A DNA stretch of 50,102 bases from an uncultured Arcobacteraceae bacterium (GTDB lineage: Bacteria > Campylobacterota > Campylobacteria > Campylobacterales > Arcobacteraceae): positions 1 to 50,102 of the forward strand of contig CAXHZO010000018.1 in the NCBI GenBank assembly GCA_964022095.1, written 5' to 3'. The translations under genes were made by a program, and so were the position numbers. Within the stretch, counting starts at the first letter, position 1. Each line of letters starts with the position of its first letter. This document shows positions 9,528-18,557 of this stretch, piece after piece. The notes under the pieces were generated by a model that ran no database searches, had not been told where the DNA came from, and saw only the letters and a program-made list of their open reading frames with translations.

Positions 9528-10508
9528 ATGTATAAGAATGAATTTGATAATCATTTAAAAAATGATAAAAAATATAATGCCTACTTGTTTTATGGACAAT
9601 CAAACTATTTAGTTGAACACTATAGCTCAAAAGTTGCTAGCAGCTTTGGTAGTGCAGATGAGATAGAAAAACTATATTTTGATGACTATAATTTTAAATA
9701 TGCAAAAGATAAACTTTTGCAATCTTCACTATTTTCTTCTAACAATATTTTATTAATAAAATGTGATAAAAAAATTCAAAAAAAAGAAGTTGATGAATTA
9801 ATTCAAGCTTGTAACTCAAATAGTGATAGTGTTGTTATTTTTTCATGTATGGGTGATGCTGATTTTAAAACAATGGAAAAAAGTTTTAGTGACAAAACTA
9901 ACTCTGTAGCTGTTAGGTTTTTTAAGCCTTTTGATAATGAGGCTGTTAGATTATTAGAAAATGAAGCTAAAAGTTTAAATATTAATTATGATTTATCAGC
10001 TATTAATCATTTATATTTCATGCACAAAAATGACCTTTCTCTTTGTGTAAATGATTTAAAAAAGCTTTCAATTTTAGAACAAAAAATTACTCCAAATGTT
10101 GTAGATACACACTGTTTTGGAATAGGAGCAGTGAATTTTGAAGATTTTTTACATGATTTACTACAAGGTAAAGATATAAGTGATGATTTAGCATTATTAC
10201 TTGAAGAAGGAATGAATGAAATATTTTTACTTAATCAAGTAACATCATTTGTTCAACAGCTATTTATGATAAGTGCATATGCAAGGACAATGGGGCAAGC
10301 AAACCCCAAAGAGATATTAGGTTTTATACCACCAAAAAATGTTTGGGAAAAAAAATCAAAACTTGCAATAAATATTAAACCAGAGGTTTTTGAAGAGATT
10401 TTGGGCTATTTATTAAATATAGAACTAGAGTTTAAAAGCTCAAAAATAGATAATCAGAACCTATATCTTCAAGCAAGCCTAAGAAAATTCACAGTTTTAT
10501 TTAGATAA
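9528..10508 (+). CDS. holA: DNA polymerase III delta subunit
   Basis: Motifs YLFYG, QSSLFSSNN.L.IK and VRFFKP; conserved position upstream of rpsF-ssb-rpsR. Confidence 0.85.
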   Translation: MYKNEFDNHLKNDKKYNAYLFYGQSNYLVEHYSSKVASSFGSADEIEKLYFDDYNFKYAKDKLLQSSLFSSNNILLIKCDKKIQKKEVDELIQACNSNSDSVVIFSCMGDADFKTMEKSFSDKTNSVAVRFFKPFDNEAVRLLENEAKSLNINYDLSAINHLYFMHKNDLSLCVNDLKKLSILEQKITPNVVDTHCFGIGAVNFEDFLHDLLQGKDISDDLALLLEEGMNEIFLLNQVTSFVQQLFMISAYARTMGQANPKEILGFIPPKNVWEKKSKLAINIKPEVFEEILGYLLNIELEFKSSKIDNQNLYLQASLRKFTVLFR

Positions 10509-10586
10509 AATCCGAAACTTTACAAAAAACATCCTTGCTGATATTAGGAATGTAAAGAATACCGGCGAAAACTATAAGGAGATTTA
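10506..10586 (+). promoter_or_regulatory. rpsF promoter and structured leader, candidate S6:S18 autoregulatory RNA
   Basis: TAAAAT at 10506-10511. TCCTTG (10532-10537) can pair with the RBS TAAGGA (10575-10580). Inner stem GCTGaTATT / AATAcCGGC contains CCG. Confidence 0.55.
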
Positions 10587-10937
10587 ATGTCATTAAAACA
10601 TTATGAAACAATGTTTATCTTAAAGCCTACACTAACTGAAGAAGAGACTGTAGCGCAAATTGAAAACTTTAAAGCAATCATCGAAAAAAATGGTGGAGAA
10701 ATTTCTGCTTGTGATGATATGGGTGCTAGAGAATTAGCTTATGAAATCGAAAAGAACAAAAGAGGTTACTACTTCGTAGTTTACTTCAAAGGTAACCCTG
10801 CAGGAATTGCAGAAATCGAAAGAAACTATAGAATCAACGAGAACACTCTTAGATTTATCTTCATTAAATATGAAAATAAAAAAGAGATTGCAGCTTGGAC
10901 AAAAATGAGCGAAGCGGCAGCTAAAAAAGCTAACTAA
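10587..10937 (+). CDS. rpsF: 30S ribosomal protein S6
   Basis: Motifs [18 protein letters not shown]...GYY and RINE..LRF. Confidence 0.97.
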   Translation: MSLKHYETMFILKPTLTEEETVAQIENFKAIIEKNGGEISACDDMGARELAYEIEKNKRGYYFVVYFKGNPAGIAEIERNYRINENTLRFIFIKYENKKEIAAWTKMSEAAAKKAN

Positions 10938-10960
10938 TCAAATTTTATTAGGGACCCAAT

Positions 10961-11470
10961 ATGTATAACAAAGTAATAATGGTAGGAAATTTAACTAGAG
11001 ATATAGAACTTAGATATTTACCTTCTGGTTCAGCTATTGCAAAATCTGCAATTGCTACATCTTATAAATTTAAAACTTCAACTGGTGAACAAAAAGATGA
11101 AGTTTGTTTTTTAGATTTTAATATATTTGGAAGATCTGCTGAAGTTGCTAATCAGTACTTAAGAAAGGGTTCTAAAGTTTTATTAGAAGGTAGACTTGTA
11201 TTTGAGCAATGGACTGCACAAGATGGAACTAACAGAAATAGACACTCTTTAAGAGTTGACACTATGAAAATGTTAGATTCAAAATCAGATTCACAAGGTG
11301 GGGACAACCAAGGTTATAATCCACAAGCTGGATCGTATAATCAACCATCTAATCAATACAATGCACCTGCTTCAAACAATGGTGGTATGAACAATCAAGC
11401 TGCTCCAAAGCAGAATTTTGAACAAAAAATACCTGAAATTGATATAGACGAAGACGAAATACCGTTTTAG
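10961..11470 (+). CDS. ssb: Single-stranded DNA-binding protein
   Basis: Motifs NKVIMVGNLTRD.ELRY and YLRKGSKV..EGRL; acidic tail DEDEIPF. Confidence 0.98.
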   Translation: MYNKVIMVGNLTRDIELRYLPSGSAIAKSAIATSYKFKTSTGEQKDEVCFLDFNIFGRSAEVANQYLRKGSKVLLEGRLVFEQWTAQDGTNRNRHSLRVDTMKMLDSKSDSQGGDNQGYNPQAGSYNQPSNQYNAPASNNGGMNNQAAPKQNFEQKIPEIDIDEDEIPF

Positions 11471-11485
11471 AAAAAGGATATTATA

Positions 11486-11743
11486 ATGGCTGAGAGAAGA
11501 AAATACGGAAAAAAATATTGTAAATATACTGAAATGAAAATTGATTTCATTGATTATAAAAACACTGACTTATTAAAAATTTCTATGAGTGAAAGAGGTA
11601 AAATTATGCCTAGAAGACTTACTGGAAACTCTAAAAAGTCTCAAGAGATGGTAGAGCAAGCAATTAAAAGAGCTAGGCACATGGCACTAGTTCCATATAT
11701 TGTTGATACTAAAAACGTTACTGATGCAGCATACGCAAGATAA
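11486..11743 (+). CDS. rpsR: 30S ribosomal protein S18
   Basis: Motifs [18 protein letters not shown] and AIKRAR.MAL.PY. Confidence 0.97.
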   Translation: MAERRKYGKKYCKYTEMKIDFIDYKNTDLLKISMSERGKIMPRRLTGNSKKSQEMVEQAIKRARHMALVPYIVDTKNVTDAAYAR

Positions 11744-11761
11744 TTAGTATTAAGTACCACT

Positions 11762-11793
11762 AAAAAGGGAAGGTTTTTAACCTTCCCTTTTTT
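11762..11793 (+). terminator. Intrinsic terminator of rpsF-ssb-rpsR
   Basis: AAAAAGGGAAGGTT-ttt-AACCTTCCCTTTTTTT hairpin followed by a T-tract. Confidence 0.88.
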
Positions 11794-11815
11794 TATTTCT
11801 ATACAAAGATAATAT

Positions 11816-12016
11816 ATGAAAAATGAGCTACTAAATGAGGCTTTAAAACTTAGATTTGAATATTATAATGTGTATGCTAGCAAAGAAGAAAAATGGCATA
11901 AAAAATATAAAGAACATAGTTTATATGAAGTTGTAATAAAAAGTTTTAAATATGATTTTAAAGATATAGGTTTAATGATGCCTAATTTGATAAACGAGTT
12001 TGAGAAGAGTTTATAG
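11816..12016 (+). CDS. Small hypothetical protein (66 aa)
   Basis: Fills the gap between the terminator and cysS, with host-like codon use; no recognisable motif. Confidence 0.6.
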   Translation: MKNELLNEALKLRFEYYNVYASKEEKWHKKYKEHSLYEVVIKSFKYDFKDIGLMMPNLINEFEKSL

Positions 12017-13417
12017 CTTTTCCCAAACAACACCATTTGGTGTGTCCATAACTGAAATATCTAAAGTAGCTAATTCATCTCTTACTTTATCAGCAGTGTC
12101 AAAATCTTTTGCTTTTTTTGCTTCAGTTCTTTTTTCTATTAGGTTCTCTATTTGAGTTTTTGTTTCTTCATCAATTCCAAATTGAAAGTATTCATAAGCA
12201 TCACTTCCTCCAATTCCTAAAATTTCTTCTATAAACTGTAAGTTTGCAACAAGCTCTTTTTTAAAAGCTTTATCTTTTGGATTTGTATTTAATTTTTCAT
12301 TTGCAGTATTAATTAGTTCATCAATACTTGCAATTGCTTTTGAGCTATTTAAATCATCATTTAAAGCATTTAAAAGCTCTTCTTTAAAGTTTTTATTTAC
12401 AGTTGAACTTCCACCACCATAAACTCTTTTTTTAACTCTATAAAGTTTATCTAGTCTCTTTTTTGACGAAAGTAAATCTTCTTCATTAAAGTTAAAGTCA
12501 GTTCTATAATGAGCAGTTAATAAATAAAATCTTATAACTTCTCCCGTATATGATTTTAAAATATCTTTTAAGAAAAATGAATTTCCTAAAGACTTACTCA
12601 TCTTTTCTCCATCAATTGTTACAAAACCATTATGAATCCAATATTTTGCTAACTCTTGATTTGAAGATGAACATCTAGTTTGTGCTGCTTCATTTTCATG
12701 GTGAGGAAATAGTAAATCTGCTCCTCCTCCATGAATATCAATTTGGTAAGGAGTATCTTTGTATGCTAAATGCTTATCAATCATAGCACTACACTCTATA
12801 TGCCATCCAGGTCGCCCAAGACCAAAAGAGGCTTCAAAACTAACATCTTGTTCTTTTGCAAATTTCCATAGAGCAAAATCAGATGGATTTCTTTTTTCAG
12901 AGTTTACTTCAATTCTAGTTTGAGAATTTTCATCACTTGCTTTATTTGAAATTGAACCATAAGTTGAATCTTTAGATGTATCAAAATATACACCATCATT
13001 TGTTTTATATGCAATATCTTTTGACATAAGGTTATTAATCATGTCTTTCATTGCTTCAAGATTTTGTGTTGCTTTTGGTTCAAGTGTATTTGGCAGTACA
13101 TGAAGTGATTGCATATCATTTTTATAGGCATTAATATATGTAGAAGTAATTTCATCTAAAGTTTGATTTGTTTCATACATTTTTTTTATGATTTTATCAT
13201 CAATATCAGTAAAGTTTTTTGTCATAGTAACTTCATAATTATTAGCTTTTAGTACTCTATGAAGTAAATCAAATGCAATAGCACTTCTTGCATGACCTAA
13301 ATGTGAATCATCATAAACAGTCGGCCCACATACATATACTTTTACTTGATTTTCAACTAAAGGTTCAAATAGAACCTTTTGTTTTTTTACTGAGTCAAAA
13401 AATTGTAATTTGCTCAT
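12011..13417 (-). CDS. cysS: Cysteine--tRNA ligase
   Basis: Motifs YVCGPTVYD.SHLGHAR, GRPGWHIECSAM, DIHGGGADLLFPHHENE and KMSKSLGN. Confidence 0.98.
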   Translation of the reverse strand: MSKLQFFDSVKKQKVLFEPLVENQVKVYVCGPTVYDDSHLGHARSAIAFDLLHRVLKANNYEVTMTKNFTDIDDKIIKKMYETNQTLDEITSTYINAYKNDMQSLHVLPNTLEPKATQNLEAMKDMINNLMSKDIAYKTNDGVYFDTSKDSTYGSISNKASDENSQTRIEVNSEKRNPSDFALWKFAKEQDVSFEASFGLGRPGWHIECSAMIDKHLAYKDTPYQIDIHGGGADLLFPHHENEAAQTRCSSSNQELAKYWIHNGFVTIDGEKMSKSLGNSFFLKDILKSYTGEVIRFYLLTAHYRTDFNFNEEDLLSSKKRLDKLYRVKKRVYGGGSSTVNKNFKEELLNALNDDLNSSKAIASIDELINTANEKLNTNPKDKAFKKELVANLQFIEEILGIGGSDAYEYFQFGIDEETKTQIENLIEKRTEAKKAKDFDTADKVRDELATLDISVMDTPNGVVWEKL

Positions 13418-13426
13418 ATTCTCTCT

Positions 13427-14602
13427 TTACTTAAATAGTGCTTCTAATGATGCAGTATCTGTTGTTTTTTCTTCTTGAGAATTATTTGTTGATCCAGCAG
13501 GTGTTGGTGAAGAACCTTCTATTTCAACTAATTCAATATCATATTTTGTAAGCATAGATGCAAGTCTAATATTTAATCCAGCTTTTCCTATTGCTTTTGA
13601 TTTTTGATCACTTGGAATTGTAACAATTGCTTTACCTTTTTCGTTTGCAACAGGTGCTCTATCAATTTTAACTGATGAAATAATTGCAGGAGATAATGCT
13701 CTTGCAACAAACATTTCAGGAACTGTTGAATATTCAACACAGTCAATGTTTTCACCATTTAATTGTTGAGAAACAGCACTGATTCTAACACCTTTAACTC
13801 CAACAACAGCTCCAATTGGATCTATTTGTGGGTCAATTGTAGTTAATGCAATTTTAGCTCTAGTACCTGGAATTCTTGCACTTGCTTCAATTGAAACTTT
13901 TTCATCTTTAAGTTCTGGAACTTCTAATGTTAAAAGATTCTCTAAAAATTTTGGTGATGTTCTTGATATTTCAATAATTAATCCATTAGTTTTATCAATA
14001 TTTACAGCTTTTACAACAGCTTTTACTGTATCACCAACTCTAAAGCTTTCACCTTTGATTCTACTTTTTCTTTGTAATAAACCTTTAATTTCACCAATTT
14101 CAATATAAGTGTTCTCTTGTCTATCAATTCTTGTAACAGTACCTGAAACTGTTCTGCCTAATTTACTTTTATATTTTGTTAATAGGTTTTCTTCAATAAA
14201 TCTTTGAATTTTATATTCAAAATTATTGTGAAGAATTGTTGCAGCATTTCTTCCCATATTTTCAAATTCAAGATCATAGTTCATAAAGTCACCAATTTCT
14301 AAACCTGAGTCTATTTCTTTTGCTTCTGCTAATGTAATAAAGTTTTCTGGGTTGATAACATTTTCATATTGGTCAAGTGCTTCACCAGATAATCTTTCAT
14401 CATTTTCTTCAACTACTTCTATTTTTTGAAATAGTTCAAGTTTTTTATTTTCTCTGTCGATATTTGCATCAAAAACTAATGTTTCATCAACCATTTTTTG
14501 TGCAGTTTTGATTAATGCTTCTTTTAGTGCATTCTCTACATCATCTACCTTTAGACCTTTCTCATACGCAATTGAGTCTAATATATCTATTATTTTATCC
14601 AT
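13427..14602 (-). CDS. nusA: Transcription termination/antitermination factor NusA
   Basis: S1 and KH motifs ARIPGTRAK, DPIGAVVGVKGVRI and AIGKAGLNIRLAS. Start set at ATG 14602 (MDKIIDILDSIAYEKGL) with AAAAGG upstream. Confidence 0.95.
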   Translation of the reverse strand: MDKIIDILDSIAYEKGLKVDDVENALKEALIKTAQKMVDETLVFDANIDRENKKLELFQKIEVVEENDERLSGEALDQYENVINPENFITLAEAKEIDSGLEIGDFMNYDLEFENMGRNAATILHNNFEYKIQRFIEENLLTKYKSKLGRTVSGTVTRIDRQENTYIEIGEIKGLLQRKSRIKGESFRVGDTVKAVVKAVNIDKTNGLIIEISRTSPKFLENLLTLEVPELKDEKVSIEASARIPGTRAKIALTTIDPQIDPIGAVVGVKGVRISAVSQQLNGENIDCVEYSTVPEMFVARALSPAIISSVKIDRAPVANEKGKAIVTIPSDQKSKAIGKAGLNIRLASMLTKYDIELVEIEGSSPTPAGSTNNSQEEKTTDTASLEALFK

Positions 14603-14754
14603 TAATAACCTTTTATTTGTTGACATTGAATTGTAATCTTTTGATTTCAATGTAGTGTAGACAGATATTTTATCCAAATATGCCTTTTATAGAAATAAAA
14701 GCAATTTTTAGATAATATATCTGATTAATTATCAAATACAAAAAGGCGTTATGA

Positions 14755-14997
14755 ATGGAATTATTATTTGCAAGAAATGAGTTAACTGAAAAACCAAAAA
14801 AAGTGCAATTAGATAAAATTAAAGATGAGCTAAAAGTTGATGGTGAGAAAATCTTCTATTTTGATAGAGACAACTCTCATAAAGATATGATGGCTTTAGT
14901 AGATACTTTAGAAGAAGATGGTTTCAATGTATACTTTAGAGAGGTAAGATATGGTCTTGCTGATGAAGAGTATATGTATGAGGTTCATGCACTTTAA
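14755..14997 (+). CDS. HP0268-family nuclease-like protein
   Basis: Motifs IFYFDRDNSHKD and FREVRYGL..EYMYEVH; conserved position between nusA and miaB in Campylobacterota. Confidence 0.82.
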   Translation: MELLFARNELTEKPKKVQLDKIKDELKVDGEKIFYFDRDNSHKDMMALVDTLEEDGFNVYFREVRYGLADEEYMYEVHAL

Positions 14998-15015
14998 TAT
15001 TAAGAAGCGAGAGAT

Positions 15016-16326
15016 ATGAATTCAAATAAAAAACTATTTATTCAAACACTAGGTTGTCAGATGAATGATACTGATAGCCAACACATTCAAGCAGAACTTG
15101 AAAAGCATAAAGGTTATAGTGCTACAGATAAAATGGAAGATGCTGATTTAATCATCATTAATACATGTTCTGTTAGAGAAAAACCAGTGCAAAAACTTTT
15201 TTCTGAAATTGGACAATTCAATAAGAAGAAAAAAGAGGGTGCTAAAATTGGTGTTTGTGGATGTACGGCAAGTCATCTTGGAAAAGATATTATTAAAAGA
15301 GCACCTTATGTTGATTTTGTAGTAGGTGCTAGAAATATATCAAAAATTAAAGATGTTGTTGATGTAAAAGGTTCTGTTGAAATTGCAATTGATAATGATG
15401 AATCAACTTATGATTTTGCAACAGCAAAAACAAATAAATATAGAGCAAGTGTAAATATTTCAATTGGGTGTGATAAGAAATGTACTTATTGTATTGTTCC
15501 AAGTACTAGAGGTGATGAAATCTCTATTCCACCTGAAATGATTGTTGATCAAGTTCAAAAATCAGTTGATCAAGGTGCAGTTGAAGTTATGCTTCTTGGA
15601 CAAAATGTCAACTCTTATGGAAGAAGATTTTCTGATGGAAGAGAAAAATATACTTTTACAAAACTTTTACAAGATGTTTCTAAAATTGAAGGTTTAGAAA
15701 GAATTAGATTTACTTCTCCTCATCCTTTACATATGGATGATGAGTTTATTGAAGAGTTTGCAAAAAATAAAAAAATCTCTAGATGTATTCATATGCCTTT
15801 ACAAAGTGGTTCAACTGAAGTATTAAGAGCTATGAAAAGAGGATACACAAAAGAGTGGTTCTTAAATAGAGCAGCAAAAATGAGAGAATTAGTTCCTGAT
15901 TTAAGAATTACAACTGATATTATTGTGGCTTTCCCTGGTGAAACTCAAGAAGATTTTGAAGATACACTTGATGTTGTAAATCAAGTAAAATTTGACCAAA
16001 TATTTAACTTCAAGTATTCACCAAGACCAGGAACAGAAGCACTTACTTTAGCTGATAAAGAAATTCCAGATGAAATTGGAAGTGCTAGATTAATTGAATT
16101 AATTGAGTTACATAAAAGACATCTTGAAGATTCAATGCCTAAACTAATTGGTAGTACAGTTAATATTTTAGTTGAAAGCTTAAAGCCAAATGGGGAAGTT
16201 TCTGGATATACAGATAACTATCTTCAAGTATTTGCAAAAGGAAGTGATGAATTACTTGGACAATTTGTTGATGTAAAAATTACTGACGTTACAAGAACTG
16301 CATTAAAAGGTGAAGTTATTCAATAA
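15016..16326 (+). CDS. miaB: tRNA-2-methylthio-N6-dimethylallyladenosine synthase
   Basis: Motifs TLGCQMN, NTCSVRE, radical SAM CDKKCTYC and YSPRPGT; C-terminal TRAM domain. Confidence 0.96.
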   Translation: MNSNKKLFIQTLGCQMNDTDSQHIQAELEKHKGYSATDKMEDADLIIINTCSVREKPVQKLFSEIGQFNKKKKEGAKIGVCGCTASHLGKDIIKRAPYVDFVVGARNISKIKDVVDVKGSVEIAIDNDESTYDFATAKTNKYRASVNISIGCDKKCTYCIVPSTRGDEISIPPEMIVDQVQKSVDQGAVEVMLLGQNVNSYGRRFSDGREKYTFTKLLQDVSKIEGLERIRFTSPHPLHMDDEFIEEFAKNKKISRCIHMPLQSGSTEVLRAMKRGYTKEWFLNRAAKMRELVPDLRITTDIIVAFPGETQEDFEDTLDVVNQVKFDQIFNFKYSPRPGTEALTLADKEIPDEIGSARLIELIELHKRHLEDSMPKLIGSTVNILVESLKPNGEVSGYTDNYLQVFAKGSDELLGQFVDVKITDVTRTALKGEVIQ

Positions 16327-16937
16327 TGGCTAAGTATTTTAAACTAAATGTTTTACCATATATACTTTCATTTTTAGTTAGAATAATATATCTAACTAAT
16401 AAGAAAGTATATCATCATCCAAAAGACGATGGTAAAGCAATTATTATATGTATGTGGCATGGAGATTTAATGTCTCAAATATATAATTATTTTAAATTTA
16501 GAAAAAATGGAATAGTTAAAGCAATGATTAGCCATAATAAAGATGGTGAAATAATTGCAAAACTTGCATCAAGTTTTAAAATAGGTGCAGTTAGAGGTTC
16601 TAGTTCTAAAGGAGCTGCTAAAGTACTTATAGGGGCTTTAAAAGAGCTAAAAGCAGGTAATGATTTGGCTATTACTCCTGATGGTCCAAGAGGACCTAGA
16701 TATTCAGTTGCAGATGGGATTGTTGCATTAGCTCAAAAAAGTGATTCAAAAATAGTTTGTTTCAATGCTATTCCAACTAAATATTGGCAGTTTAACTCTT
16801 GGGATAAATTTGTTTTACCAAAACCTTTTGGTAGAATAGATTTTTATATTAGTGAACCTTTTGATATAAAAGATATGGATATTGAAGAAGCAAAGAAAGT
16901 CATCAAGGATAAAATGTTAATTCATTCTATGCCATAA
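16326..16937 (+). CDS. DUF374 lysophospholipid acyltransferase-family protein (LpxJ-like lipid A late acyltransferase)
   Basis: Motifs WHG, SHNKDGE, VRGSSSKG, ITPDGPRGP and SWDKFVLPKPFG; syntenic with miaB as in Helicobacter and Campylobacter. Confidence 0.85.
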   Translation: MAKYFKLNVLPYILSFLVRIIYLTNKKVYHHPKDDGKAIIICMWHGDLMSQIYNYFKFRKNGIVKAMISHNKDGEIIAKLASSFKIGAVRGSSSKGAAKVLIGALKELKAGNDLAITPDGPRGPRYSVADGIVALAQKSDSKIVCFNAIPTKYWQFNSWDKFVLPKPFGRIDFYISEPFDIKDMDIEEAKKVIKDKMLIHSMP

Positions 16938-16955
16938 AAAATAGGAAAAGTAAGT

Positions 16956-18518
16956 ATGTTTGCAAAAGAGTCTTTGTATATAAATGCAATTAAGTATGAT
17001 ACTCAGTTAAAGTTAGACTACAAAAAGCTAAATGAAAACAGTATCGCTGAAACTAATAACTCAGTTTTTTTAGTTAATGATGATATTTTACCTCTAGATA
17101 TTGCTTTAAAATTAAACTCTTCACAAAATCAAACAGATGAAACTTATATTTCAACTCTACTTTTAAGTGATACTACAAAATTAATCAAAAAAGACAAATC
17201 TTCAAAACTAAAAGATTGTGATATAGCATCTTTTAATAATGAATATGACATTGCAGTTTTAAAAACAACTCTATTTGAAACGAAAAACTTTTTTGAAAAA
17301 ACTGGAATAGACTATATCTATTCTGCATTTCATATTATGAATTTACATTTAGAACAAAATATTTGTAAAAATGAGATTTTAGTATTTTTATTTAATAATA
17401 AAGCATTTATTTTAATATTAGATAAAGATAGTGCAATTGTATATCATAAAATAGAAGACTTGCCAACCTTTGAATCAATTAAGAAAACACATTTTTATGA
17501 TGATGATGTAGATGGCCAAAAGTTATTTGATGAAGTTTATTATTTAGAATTATCAGAAATTATTCAAAATACATTAACTAAGTTTTATGAAAAAAATAGT
17601 GATAATTTTATTCAAAAAGCCACAATTTTATATACCTTAAAACAGTTAGGTTCAGAACAAATTGATAATTTAAAGGATGAATTACTTTTAGAGGTTGATT
17701 ATCATCCAATAAATATTGATGAAGAGATTTTTGAACTTTCAAAAGATAAACATCAAAAAAAGAGTTTTGTAAAACCAAGAAAAAAGAAGAAAAAAGCTAA
17801 TTATTCAAATCTATTTATAGCAATATTCTTCTTATTAGCATTTTTTGGAATTTTTAAATTATATACAAATTTTGAGACTACATCTGATGAATCAAATCAA
17901 GAAGTAAAAGTTGTAAATAAAAATGTAAAACTTCCTGACCATATAAATATAAATGATAAAATACAAAGTAGAGTAAGTGCTGTATTAGAATCTATTCCTT
18001 ATGATGTTGTTTTAAAAGAGTTTGTAGTTGATACTGATTCTTTAGTTTTAAAAGCACAATTACTAAAAAGTGATACTTTTATTACTTCATTAAAACCAAA
18101 TTTAGATGAGCTATATGAAGATACACAAATAGAAGTTTCTTCTGAAGATAAAAAAATAAATATTGATGCAAGTATTACGTCTAAAGATAGTATTAAACTA
18201 AAAGACAAAGAGTTCAAAACAAACACTCAATCTTATATAAAAGATGAATTTTTCCCAATTTTAAGAGTAACAGAGCAATTAAAAATTTTAATGCCTGAAG
18301 ATACAATAGTTAAATTTAAATCAAGTAATAATGCTGATATTACTAAGTTTTATTATCTTATAAATATGATTGTAAAATCTCCTAAAGAGTTTTATGATTT
18401 AATAGATATGCTAAATAATGAGTTATATTCGATTCATTTGATGTATCCAGTCAGTATGATAAAAACTATCAATGGATTAGAAGTAGAGTTTAATTTAGTT
18501 TTCAATCAACCAAAATAA
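16956..18518 (+). CDS. Single-pass membrane protein, probable PilM/PilN/PilO-like fusion
   Basis: About 280-aa soluble N-terminal domain, a basic patch KPRKKKKK plus one TM helix, then a periplasmic part with PilN-like (VLESIPYDVVLKEF...LVLKA) and PilO-like (VKSPKEFYDLIDML) segments. The function is inferred from synteny. Confidence 0.6.
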   Translation: MFAKESLYINAIKYDTQLKLDYKKLNENSIAETNNSVFLVNDDILPLDIALKLNSSQNQTDETYISTLLLSDTTKLIKKDKSSKLKDCDIASFNNEYDIAVLKTTLFETKNFFEKTGIDYIYSAFHIMNLHLEQNICKNEILVFLFNNKAFILILDKDSAIVYHKIEDLPTFESIKKTHFYDDDVDGQKLFDEVYYLELSEIIQNTLTKFYEKNSDNFIQKATILYTLKQLGSEQIDNLKDELLLEVDYHPINIDEEIFELSKDKHQKKSFVKPRKKKKKANYSNLFIAIFFLLAFFGIFKLYTNFETTSDESNQEVKVVNKNVKLPDHININDKIQSRVSAVLESIPYDVVLKEFVVDTDSLVLKAQLLKSDTFITSLKPNLDELYEDTQIEVSSEDKKINIDASITSKDSIKLKDKEFKTNTQSYIKDEFFPILRVTEQLKILMPEDTIVKFKSSNNADITKFYYLINMIVKSPKEFYDLIDMLNNELYSIHLMYPVSMIKTINGLEVEFNLVFNQPK

Positions 18519-18525
18519 AACAAAA

Positions 18526-18557
18526 AATTAAAAACTTGTTTTACCAAGTTTTTAATT
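18526..18557. terminator. Bidirectional hairpin between convergent genes
   Basis: Perfect 13-bp inverted repeat AATTAAAAACTTG / CAAGTTTTTAATT overlapping the mqnE stop. Confidence 0.55.

Noticed and set aside
9468-9554. 5' extension of the FliW-like ORF to 9554
   Set aside because: It overlaps the holA start on the other strand; ATG 9467 has an RBS and matches FliW length.
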